Source: a virus
Taxonomy: Duplodnaviria; Caudoviricetes
Virus record (IMG/VR): IMGVR_UViG_3300032295_004333
Coordinates: 1-58,677 of that record
DNA: 58,677 nucleotides
Direction: 5' to 3' (one strand)
A program made the position numbers and the translations under genes. The notes under the pieces are model-generated. The model did not search any database. It had not been told where the DNA came from and saw only the letters and a list, made by a program, of their open reading frames with translations. Positions 38,323 to 45,355 of the stretch are shown piece by piece; positions within the stretch are counted from its first letter, which is position 1; each line of letters begins with the position of its first letter.

Positions 38323-38811
38323 CTAATAAATGAAGGATTTTTGATACTCTTCCCAAACTTTACTTACAACAACATTTTCACCAACTAAAGTAGGGGTATA
38401 AGGTTTGTGCCTCATTGGCATCTTGGCTTCGTCAGGTGTTCTATTTGACTTCTTAAGGTTACACTTGAAACATGATGTAACAAGGTTGTGCCAATCATTT
38501 TTACCACCCCTTGATTTGGGAATAACGTGGTCTAAGGTTAGATGTTTACTTGAACCGCAATAAACACATTGATGGTTATCTCTCTTATAGATTCTATTTC
38601 TATTGGCACGAAGATTTCTTGTAAAGTGTTTGATATATTTCAATAGTCTAATGATAACAGGTCTGACGTAAGTGTTATATCCCGCGACGATTGGAGTCTC
38701 ATCGGATTTAACAATTTCAGCTTTACCTTTATCAACTAAAACAAAACCTCGTCGAATAGTTGTAACATTCAACGGGGTGTAATCAAAATTTAATACCAAT
38801 ACATCTCCCAT
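38323..38811 (-). CDS. HNH endonuclease
   Basis: VLVLN.DY.PL; RD...CVYCG, LTLDHVIPKSRGG, NLVTSC..CN..K. Confidence 0.93.
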   Translation of the reverse strand: MGDVLVLNFDYTPLNVTTIRRGFVLVDKGKAEIVKSDETPIVAGYNTYVRPVIIRLLKYIKHFTRNLRANRNRIYKRDNHQCVYCGSSKHLTLDHVIPKSRGGKNDWHNLVTSCFKCNLKKSNRTPDEAKMPMRHKPYTPTLVGENVVVSKVWEEYQKSFIY

Positions 38812-38852
38812 AGGAATTTTTTTTTCAAGTTTAATTAATTTTTCTAAAAAAC

Positions 38853-38876
38853 AAAAGGGGTCTAATGACCCCTTTG
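38853..38876 (-). terminator. intrinsic terminator
   Basis: AAAGGGGTC/GACCCCTTT hairpin. Confidence 0.7.
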
Positions 38877-38890
38877 AATATACAACGTTT

Positions 38891-38998
38891 TTAGCAATAG
38901 TTTATGGTTCGGGGTTTCCTACGTTTCATCACCCAAAGGTTCTCATATGAACTTGTCGTTCCCAAAAGACACGATATATTATTGTCTAAAATCATCAT
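38891..38998 (-). CDS. putative 35-aa peptide
   Basis: MMILDNNISCLLGTTSSYENLWVMKRRKPRTINYC; TATTTAT just upstream, terminator downstream. Confidence 0.35.
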   Translation of the reverse strand: MMILDNNISCLLGTTSSYENLWVMKRRKPRTINYC

Positions 38999-39083
38999 AA
39001 AATAAATATCTTAAAAATTTTTCTTAAATCAAACTTTTTTGTGACTTTGTTTTTTTCCATTTCTAATTATATTTATCCTTAAC

Positions 39084-39176
39084 ATGAAAACTTTGAATTT
39101 AAATACACTAAGACCGACAACACCTAATGGTGGTACGGGTAGATTATGCTTAGGTTCAGAGGCAAGTGGTTGGTAA
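39084..39176 (+). CDS. putative 30-aa leader-like peptide
   Basis: MKTLNLNTLRPTTPNGGTGRLCLGSEASGW; TATTTAT at 39070-39076; terminator at 39195-39232. Confidence 0.4.
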   Translation: MKTLNLNTLRPTTPNGGTGRLCLGSEASGW

Positions 39177-39194
39177 ATAAAAACAAAGCCAATT

Positions 39195-39232
39195 AAAAAA
39201 CCCTGAACCTTGAAAGTTCGGGGTTTTTTTTT
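39195..39232 (+). terminator. intrinsic terminator in front of the tRNA array
   Basis: AAACCCTGAAC/GTTCGGGGTTT plus T-run. Confidence 0.8.
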
Positions 39233-39249
39233 ATCTTTGTTTAACAAAT

Positions 39250-39323
39250 TGGGAAGTAGCACAGCTCGGTAGTGTACTTGGTTTGGGACCAAGGGGTCGC
39301 AGGTTCGAATCCTGTCTTCCCAA
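39250..39323 (+). tRNA. tRNA-Pro(TGG)
   Basis: CTTGG-TTTGGGA-CCAAG anticodon arm; TGGGAAG/CTTCCCA acceptor stem. Confidence 0.95.
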
Positions 39324-39329
39324 CAATTT

Positions 39330-39403
39330 GTCTCCTTAGCTCAGTCGGTTAGAGCGAATGACTGTTAATCATTAGGTCCCTGGTTCGAACCCAGGAGGGG
39401 ACG
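39330..39403 (+). tRNA. tRNA-Asn(GTT)
   Basis: AATGA-CTGTTAA-TCATT anticodon arm. Confidence 0.95.
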
Positions 39404-39409
39404 CAAGAA

Positions 39410-39482
39410 GCGGAAGTAGCTCATTCGGTAGAGCACAACCTTGCCAAGGTTGGGGTGGCCAGTTCGAGACTGGTCTTCCGCT
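39410..39482 (+). tRNA. tRNA-Gly(GCC)
   Basis: CAACC-TTGCCAA-GGTTG anticodon arm. Confidence 0.95.
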
Positions 39483-39494
39483 CTGATAGAGTTT

Positions 39495-39585
39495 GTAGGT
39501 TGTAAAGCCCCTTATTGGGTACTCGGTTCAAAATCCAATCATTGATTCGCAGGTGATTGGGCTAATTGCGAAAGAAAAACCTACA
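39495..39585 (+). ncRNA. unidentified structured RNA inside the tRNA array
   Basis: Closing stem GTAGGTT/AACCTAC; internal hairpins GCCC/GGGT and CCAATCA/TGATTGG. Confidence 0.45.
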
Positions 39586-39588
39586 CTT

Positions 39589-39661
39589 GCCTCCTTAGCT
39601 CAGCAGGTAGAGCAACTGATTTGTAATCAGTAGGTCGTTGGTTCGATTCCGACAGGAGGCT
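39589..39661 (+). tRNA. tRNA-Thr(TGT)
   Basis: ACTGA-TTTGTAA-TCAGT anticodon arm. Confidence 0.95.
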
Positions 39662-39681
39662 CTAAATAAAAATTATATATT

Positions 39682-39915
39682 ATGCAAGTTTTTTGGTCTT
39701 ATTACGTTGTTTGTTTTGCCTACTGTCTCATCATGTCTATTAGACGTTGGAATAGAGATGCAACAGCTGGGGGCCTCGGTATCACACCAGGTTTAGATAG
39801 TTTAGCATTTCTAATTATGTGTTGGGTTTTAGCCCCTGTTGATGTATTTCTGACTTGGGTTAGATTATATAAAGAAGCTGAAGAAGCTAGAAGAAATAAT
39901 ACAAAAGTATTTTAA
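39682..39915 (+). CDS. small two-TM membrane protein
   Basis: 77 aa with two hydrophobic segments. Confidence 0.55.
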   Translation: MQVFWSYYVVCFAYCLIMSIRRWNRDATAGGLGITPGLDSLAFLIMCWVLAPVDVFLTWVRLYKEAEEARRNNTKVF

Positions 39916-40517
39916 TGACTTATTCTGATGAATACAAAGTATGCTGGTTCACTCCTCAAAGAACTGCGACCAGAACCACACACACTTTGTTGAAAACATT
40001 GGGTTTCCTAAGCATTGGTACACATTCTTTTAGACTACCTCCCGAAAGATTTGATTATCGGTTAATATCTAATATTAGGAATCCATATTCAAGGATGGTT
40101 TCTTTGTTTTTTCTCTATTCATTACATAAAGTTAATTATAAATTGAACTTTGAGTTATGGTGTGAGTATGCTCTTAATGACCAACAGTTTGAAAATGATT
40201 ATCAAGTTAGATATGATTTGAAAATAAAAAGTGTTGGTCGAGACTTCGATAAATTCATAAGAGTTGAAACTTATGCTGAGGATATAAAAAGTTTGAATTT
40301 CATTGATTTATCTAACCCTGAAATTGATAAAGTTTACCAAAACAATGTTTTAAAAAACGGTTATACTCATGAATTCAAAAAAATTCAAACTGAAGAAAGA
40401 CAGAGTTGGCAAGATTTCTATAATCAAAAAATTGCCGATTTAGTCTTTTCGAAATTAGAGGACCAATTTAATTTTTTTAATTACAACAGAAATTCTTGGA
40501 AAGATGGCACACCCTAA
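39915..40517 (+). CDS. sulfotransferase family 2-like protein
   Basis: PQRTATRT (5'-PSB-like), IRNPYSRMVS (3'-PB), IRVE, DQFNFFNY. Confidence 0.7.
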   Translation: MTYSDEYKVCWFTPQRTATRTTHTLLKTLGFLSIGTHSFRLPPERFDYRLISNIRNPYSRMVSLFFLYSLHKVNYKLNFELWCEYALNDQQFENDYQVRYDLKIKSVGRDFDKFIRVETYAEDIKSLNFIDLSNPEIDKVYQNNVLKNGYTHEFKKIQTEERQSWQDFYNQKIADLVFSKLEDQFNFFNYNRNSWKDGTP

Positions 40518-40857
40518 TCTACACGCTAAAAGCTCAGCAAAAAAATTCGGTGGAAAACCAGAAGATTATATTCACTTACATGACTGGTTAGATGAGACCA
40601 AAGGTTGGTTTGGTGACTCTTTACATAGAATGTTTAGACACCATTCTGAAGGTATATTCGAAATGGAAGAAAGATTCGGTAAAGAGTTTAAAAATAGTGA
40701 CGGAAAAATTGTTTACACCAGATATGTTGGTGAACAACACGTCAAAGAGGATTGTAATAATTATATACCCTCTGCAAAAGAATGGATTTTAAATATTTCA
40801 TCCAACAACAGACCTTTATGGATGATGAAAACAATAAAATTAGAGTTTGAAGACTGA
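40504..40857 (+). CDS. conserved hypothetical protein (DUF6915-like)
   Basis: MAHP..HA.SS..K.GG...DY...HDW.D..K..HR..RHH..EQHV.ED. Confidence 0.7.
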   Translation: MAHPNLHAKSSAKKFGGKPEDYIHLHDWLDETKGWFGDSLHRMFRHHSEGIFEMEERFGKEFKNSDGKIVYTRYVGEQHVKEDCNNYIPSAKEWILNISSNNRPLWMMKTIKLEFED

Positions 40858-40870
40858 TATTTATTAAATT

Positions 40871-41578
40871 ATGAGTAATATACTAACACTTGAAGAAAAA
40901 AAATATCTACAAAGAGTTTGTAGATATTTGGGTTCATTGGGTATGACCAATGGAATTATTGAATTTGAATTCGATTATTCGGAATTTGATTGTGAAGATG
41001 TTGATTGGAAACAAATTACAACTTTTTCGAACAACTACACCGCAGAAATTCCTGATGTAATGATTGAAATATCAAAAAAATTACTCAATTATGTCTGTGA
41101 AAATGATTTGATTAGATATCCTGAAGTTAATGATGTAAATTGGCAAAGGATAGAAATTGATTTGGATTGCGAAGATTCGACTATTTCTGTTGTTCTCGAC
41201 TACAATTACTATGATACAGGTGATACTGAAACGGATACTAGAAGTCTTGAAGAAGAAGAGGAAAACGAATCTTTGAGAGAGGTTTTCGATGTATTAGAGG
41301 ATGACCCAGACATACAAGATAGAATCTTAACTATAGATTATAGTGGTGGTGGAGATAGTGGTTATTTGGAAGACAGTTTTAATAACGGTGATTCTGTTCC
41401 AGCCAGTGTATCTGATTTTTGTTATGATATGCTTGAAAATAGGTTTGGAGGTTGGGAAATTAATGAAGGTTCACAAGGTAATTTTGAAATTGATTTAGAT
41501 AAGAAAGAAATTACTCTCAATCATACATACAACTTAGACGAAACAGGTAGAGACACTTTACTAGAAGAAAAATTTTAA
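40871..41578 (+). CDS. hypothetical protein with a C-terminal DUF6878-like domain
   Basis: YSGGGDSG..GWEINEGSQG motif. Confidence 0.65.
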   Translation: MSNILTLEEKKYLQRVCRYLGSLGMTNGIIEFEFDYSEFDCEDVDWKQITTFSNNYTAEIPDVMIEISKKLLNYVCENDLIRYPEVNDVNWQRIEIDLDCEDSTISVVLDYNYYDTGDTETDTRSLEEEEENESLREVFDVLEDDPDIQDRILTIDYSGGGDSGYLEDSFNNGDSVPASVSDFCYDMLENRFGGWEINEGSQGNFEIDLDKKEITLNHTYNLDETGRDTLLEEKF

Positions 41579-41620
41579 TCAATTTGTCTTTTTCCTCAAA
41601 ATAACTTAATTTTGATTTAT

Positions 41621-41706
41621 ACCTTGGTGGTGGAATTGGTAGACACGCAAGACTTAAAATCTTGTGGACCGAAACGTCCGTACGGGTTCGATTCCCGTCT
41701 GAGGTA
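41621..41706 (+). tRNA. tRNA-Leu(TAA)
   Basis: CAAGA-CTTAAAA-TCTTG; long variable arm. Confidence 0.95.
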
Positions 41707-41716
41707 CAATAGCTTA

Positions 41717-41851
41717 AACAATCAGCCAATCGGCACCATGCATCATCATGGGAAAATACCGAGTAACTGCTCTTCAGGCTTATAAGGGGTGATATTGAAT
41801 AGAACCATTCAATTGGTCAAAAAGCCTCAGGAAATATGAAGTAAGATTGTT
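41717..41851 (+). ncRNA. unidentified structured RNA inside the tRNA array
   Basis: AACAATC/GATTGTT closing stem; nested CCATG/CATGG, AGGCTT/AAGCCT, TTGAAT/ATTCAA. Confidence 0.5.
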
Positions 41852-41856
41852 AATTT

Positions 41857-41928
41857 GGTCCTATAGTTAAAGGGATATAACTTCTCACTTCTAATGAGAT
41901 GTTCCAAGTTCGAGTCTTGGTGGGACTA
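41857..41928 (+). tRNA. tRNA-Arg(TCT)
   Basis: TCTCA-CTTCTAA-TGAGA anticodon arm. Confidence 0.9.
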
Positions 41929-41938
41929 CAAATAAAAT

Positions 41939-42019
41939 ACCCCGATGGCGTAACGGTAGCCGCGTTGGTCTTAGGAACCAATGACTTCGGTCGTGAGAGT
42001 TCGAGTCTCTCTTGGGGTA
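41939..42019 (+). tRNA. tRNA-Leu(TAG)
   Basis: TTGGT-CTTAGGA-ACCAA; variable arm GACTTCGGTC. Confidence 0.93.
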
Positions 42020-42059
42020 CTATTTATATTTTTATAATCTGGTATATATTTATTATAAC

Positions 42060-42140
42060 ATGAACACTACAATGCGTCATATAGTCTATAGTCAACAACA
42101 AGAGATTTGTTGGATTAAGACACGCCCTGTGGTCTCATGA
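42060..42140 (+). CDS. putative 26-aa leader-like peptide
   Basis: MNTTMRHIVYSQQQEICWIKTRPVVS; TATTTAT at 42047-42053; terminator at 42174-42211. Confidence 0.4.
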   Translation: MNTTMRHIVYSQQQEICWIKTRPVVS

Positions 42141-42173
42141 GATAGCCTATAATTCCTGAAGAGTTATATATAC

Positions 42174-42211
42174 AAACCTCGGACTACAGAAATGAAGTTC
42201 GGGGTTTTTTT
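42174..42211 (+). terminator. intrinsic terminator in front of tRNA-Glu
   Basis: AAACCTCGGACT/AGTTCGGGGTTT plus T-run. Confidence 0.8.
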
Positions 42212-42262
42212 ATTTTCAGGTTTTTGGTTCTTTGTAATATTGGTTGTAAATTTGTAATTCTT

Positions 42263-42334
42263 GGCCCCGTCGTCTAAAGGTTAGGACGCCACCCTTTCAC
42301 GGTGGAGATTTCGGTTCGAGTCCGTGCGGGGCTA
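42263..42334 (+). tRNA. tRNA-Glu(TTC)
   Basis: CCACC-CTTTCAC-GGTGG anticodon arm. Confidence 0.95.
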
Positions 42335-42361
42335 CAAAAATAAACTATAAAAAAAATTAAA

Positions 42362-42595
42362 ATGAAAGCAACACTCGAGTTCAATTTACCTGACGACCAA
42401 GACGAATTTGTCTTGGCGACAAATGGTCTCAAATTTTGGTCAGTCTTGTGGGAACTAGACCAATCTTTAAGGTCAAAGACAAAGTACGCACCTGATAGTC
42501 TACCTCAAGACAAGTACGACGCTTATCAAGAAATAAGAGATGAGCTCAGGGAATTAATGATAGAAAATAATGTAACTTTTGATATGGTTAGGTGA
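42362..42595 (+). CDS. hypothetical phage protein
   Basis: MKATLEFNLPDD..., a common phage-type N-terminus. Confidence 0.65.
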   Translation: MKATLEFNLPDDQDEFVLATNGLKFWSVLWELDQSLRSKTKYAPDSLPQDKYDAYQEIRDELRELMIENNVTFDMVR

Positions 42596-42614
42596 AATTT
42601 CTTATATTTGAAAA

Positions 42615-42830
42615 ATGAAAGTGATTGTAAAAAAGGATAGTACCGACATCTTTTTAAACCTTTTTAAGGGTTCGGTACTCAACGATGTTGAAGAAAAGGG
42701 TGGAAATTATTGTGGTGTTTTTTCTTCGTTCATGGGTTCATATTATGTTGAGGTTCCCAAAAAACGTTGTACAAAATATCGGGATAAGAAAACATTAAAT
42801 GGTCGAGTGGCCGAGTGGTTTAGGCGTTAG
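42615..42830 (+). CDS. hypothetical protein whose 3' end runs into tRNA-Cys
   Basis: TATATTTG promoter at 42603-42610; stop lies inside the tRNA. Confidence 0.45.
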   Translation: MKVIVKKDSTDIFLNLFKGSVLNDVEEKGGNYCGVFSSFMGSYYVEVPKKRCTKYRDKKTLNGRVAEWFRR

Positions 42831-42872
42831 TCTGCAAAACTAATTACCCCAGTTCGATTCTGGGTTCGACCT
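42801..42872 (+). tRNA. tRNA-Cys(GCA)
   Basis: TTAGT-CTGCAAA-ACTAA anticodon arm; U73. Confidence 0.93.
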
Positions 42873-42878
42873 CATTAC

Positions 42879-42952
42879 TGGAATATAGCTCAGTTGGTTA
42901 GAGCATTCGTCTGATACGCGAAGGGTCGGTGGTTCGAGTCCACCTTTTCCAA
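42879..42952 (+). tRNA. tRNA-Ile(GAT)
   Basis: TTCGT-CTGATAC-GCGAA; one T-T mismatch in the acceptor stem. Confidence 0.9.
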
Positions 42953-42964
42953 CAAAAAAATATT

Positions 42965-43489
42965 ATGAGACGTAAAATTATTTTTATTGATGTTGATGGA
43001 CCATTGGCTTGGGGTACATGGGGTGATGGGAGAGTTACGCTCAATGAAGCTTCCAAAACTTTCACCATACCTTACCCTTGGGTTGAGGAGGATTGCCAAG
43101 CGTTACAGAAGATTTGTGATGAAACTAACGCATCTCTTGTGGTAAGTTCAGATTGGAGGAAACATTTTAGTTTTATTCAACTAAGAAGAATTTTCCAATA
43201 CTATGGTGTGACCGCTCCGATTGTAGATATCACAACTCATCAGTACCTTTGGAATAAAATGAGTAGACCATCTATCGAATGGGAGAGAGCAGCAGAAATC
43301 ACCAAATGGGTAAAGGACAATAAAATCACCAATTGGATTTCAATTGATGATATGAAACTTGACGAACAGTACAAGTGGATGAGACCAAGAACCCCAAAGT
43401 GGAGACATGTACAGGTTGATGGTGATTGGGGTCAGGGTGGTAGACTAAGAGATAAAGTTGATGAATGTATCAATAAACTTGAAAAATAA
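42965..43489 (+). CDS. HAD-superfamily protein (RNA-repair-associated HAD type)
   Basis: IIFIDVDG, VVSSDWR, ERAAEI..W, ISIDD. Confidence 0.8.
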   Translation: MRRKIIFIDVDGPLAWGTWGDGRVTLNEASKTFTIPYPWVEEDCQALQKICDETNASLVVSSDWRKHFSFIQLRRIFQYYGVTAPIVDITTHQYLWNKMSRPSIEWERAAEITKWVKDNKITNWISIDDMKLDEQYKWMRPRTPKWRHVQVDGDWGQGGRLRDKVDECINKLEK

Positions 43490-43494
43490 AATTT

Positions 43495-44055
43495 ATGAAA
43501 GTTAATAGAGAAGACCTGAGATATTTTCTCAGCAACATACGCAGAAAGGCTGAAGGTCAAGAACTTTCAGATGAACAAATTGCAGAACAACTTGCAAACT
43601 ACATGGAGGTGAACCCTGGTTGTATCAACATGAATGAAGTGAGTCATCGTGGTCGTTATAGTTATTCAACTGTCGGGTATGGAGTATTTTCACTCCTCGG
43701 TGAAAAATATAGAATGGGTAGAATTGAAATATTCGATAGTGAAAGTGATTCAGGATATCAGGTTGATGAGGGAATATATACGATGCCTTTTGTTGCTGCA
43801 AGTCAATTTGAAGATTTCATAGAATCTCTTGAAACTGATTTACCAATTAACATCGAAATAGGTTCACATCAATGGTGTGAAAGGGAATGTGCAAAAGACC
43901 TTGGATTTGAATCTGCTGAGGAAATGAGAGACCCTGAAAAAGTAAAAAAATATCGTCATCACAAAAACGACATATTTGCTCAAGAACAAGGGTATAAAGA
44001 TTGGGATGACTTGATGGAAAACAGTAAATTTGCATTAAAGAAAAAAGAAGAATGA
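43495..44055 (+). CDS. hypothetical protein
   Basis: 186-aa ORF. Confidence 0.65.
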   Translation: MKVNREDLRYFLSNIRRKAEGQELSDEQIAEQLANYMEVNPGCINMNEVSHRGRYSYSTVGYGVFSLLGEKYRMGRIEIFDSESDSGYQVDEGIYTMPFVAASQFEDFIESLETDLPINIEIGSHQWCERECAKDLGFESAEEMRDPEKVKKYRHHKNDIFAQEQGYKDWDDLMENSKFALKKKEE

Positions 44056-44468
44056 AAATTGTAATTGTAAGTGGTTATTTTAACCCCGTCCATAAAGGAC
44101 ATATTGAATACTTCAACAATGCTAAGTCACACGGTGACCAGTTATATGTGATTGTAAACAGTGACCTTCAAAGGGAGTTAAAAGGTAGTAAAGAGTTCCA
44201 AGATGAGGATGAAAGAATGTTTATCATTCAAAATCTGAAAATGGTTGATAGAGTTTTTCTTTCGGTTGATACGGATAGAACCGTTTGTAAAACCATTGAA
44301 ATGATTCATTCTTTGGGGGATAGAGAGGACGAATTTCTATTTGCCAATGGTGGAGACCAAACAAACAATTCTATCCCTGAGAAACCCATCTGTGATTGGT
44401 TGGGGATAAAGTTGATTGATGGTTTGGGTGATAAGATTCAATCCTCATCTTGGTTACTTAAAAAATAA
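44052..44468 (+). CDS. cytidylyltransferase/adenylyltransferase (HxGH family)
   Basis: VSGYFNPVHKGH, FANGGD, KIQSSS. Confidence 0.9.
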   Translation: MKIVIVSGYFNPVHKGHIEYFNNAKSHGDQLYVIVNSDLQRELKGSKEFQDEDERMFIIQNLKMVDRVFLSVDTDRTVCKTIEMIHSLGDREDEFLFANGGDQTNNSIPEKPICDWLGIKLIDGLGDKIQSSSWLLKK

Positions 44469-44474
44469 AAAAAA

Positions 44475-44547
44475 GCGTGCGTAGCTCAATTGGTAGAGTA
44501 CTAGTCTCCAAAACTAGGAGTTTCAGGTTCGAGTCCTGACGTGCGTG
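44475..44547 (+). tRNA. tRNA-Trp(CCA)
   Basis: CTAGT-CTCCAAA-ACTAG anticodon arm. Confidence 0.93.
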
Positions 44548-44551
44548 CAAA

Positions 44552-44626
44552 CTTCAGTACCCATACCGCAGTGAGACGGGCTAAGTTAGATACAATTCCT
44601 CGGAGCGGGGAGTAGAATGCTGAAGA
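44552..44626 (+). ncRNA. unidentified tRNA-sized structured RNA
   Basis: CTTCAGTA/TGCTGAAG closing stem; internal TTCCTCG/CGGGGAG hairpin. Confidence 0.45.
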
Positions 44627-44630
44627 ATTT

Positions 44631-44767
44631 ATAGGTTGATTGGGGAATGATGATATCAATGACTTGAGAGTGTATTTCGGTCGGTATCATCGGAGTTGGG
44701 AGAAATACACCTAAGTAATGCCAATCATAAAAGGAGTCGTCCACGCAACCATCTTCTCCTTTCCTAT
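44631..44767 (+). ncRNA. unidentified structured RNA (~137 nt)
   Basis: Nested stems ATAGG/CCTAT, TGATTGG/CCAATCA, GTGTATTTC/GAAATACAC, AAAGGAG/CTCCTTT. Confidence 0.6.
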
Positions 44768-44770
44768 TTT

Positions 44771-44852
44771 GGGAGTATCGCCTAGTGGCAATGGCAGAAG
44801 ACTGTAAATCTTCCCTCTTTCGAGTTCGTTGGTTCGAGTCCAGCTACTCCCA
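44771..44852 (+). tRNA. tRNA-Tyr(GTA)
   Basis: GAAGA-CTGTAAA-TCTTC; variable arm. Confidence 0.93.
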
Positions 44853-44857
44853 CATTT

Positions 44858-44931
44858 GGACCCCTAGCTCAGTAGGTTAGAGCAACTGACTCATAATCAG
44901 TAGGTCCACGGTTCGAGCCCGTGGGGGTCCA
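44858..44931 (+). tRNA. tRNA with CAT anticodon, probably Ile2 (lysidine-type) rather than Met
   Basis: ACTGA-CTCATAA-TCAGT; C4-G69 and C5-G68 pairs (TilS determinants); no initiator GGG/CCC. Confidence 0.85.
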
Positions 44932-44933
44932 CA

Positions 44934-45009
44934 AGACAGACACACGCTTCCCATGGTGTTAAAGTACAAGGATAATGAGAGGAATAATACGTCCTTTAAG
45001 GTCTGTCTA
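44934..45009 (+). ncRNA. unidentified tRNA-sized structured RNA
   Basis: Perfect AGACAGAC/GTCTGTCT closing stem followed by ACA; internal ACAC/GTGT and AAGGAT/GTCCTT. Confidence 0.5.
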
Positions 45010-45012
45010 CAC

Positions 45013-45083
45013 TGTCGTATGGTGTAACGGTAACACAGCAGATTTTGGTTCTGCTTTTCAAGGTTCGAATCCTTGTGCGACAA
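45013..45083 (+). tRNA. tRNA-Gln(TTG)
   Basis: GCAGA-TTTTGGT-TCTGC anticodon arm. Confidence 0.93.
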
Positions 45084-45092
45084 CAATAATAT

Positions 45093-45166
45093 GGTGGACG
45101 TAGCTCAGTTGGAAGAGCGCTAGTTTGTGGCACTAGCTGTCGTGGGTTCGAGTCCCATCGTTCACA
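45093..45166 (+). tRNA. tRNA-His(GTG)
   Basis: CTAGT-TTGTGGC-ACTAG; encoded G-1; A73. Confidence 0.92.
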
Positions 45167-45175
45167 CGATTGATA

Positions 45176-45260
45176 GGAGAGTTGCCTGAGTGGTTAAAGG
45201 AGCGGTTTGCTAAACCGTGGTCGGGTAACTGACCCGTTGGTTCGAATCCAACACTCTCCG
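45176..45260 (+). tRNA. tRNA-Ser(GCT)
   Basis: GCGGT-TTGCTAA-ACCGT; long variable arm; G73. Confidence 0.95.
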
Positions 45261-45355
45261 CAATTTTTTAACACAAAAGTTGACGATTTGGTAATAGTTT
45301 CCTATATTTATAATCTCTAACAGTTATTAAACATTAACCAAAAAAAGAAAAAAAA

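Noticed and set aside
39029-45086. Minus-strand ORFs 39029-39292, 41517-41729, 42890-43099 and 44877-45086
   Set aside because: They overlap tRNA genes in antisense and are spurious.
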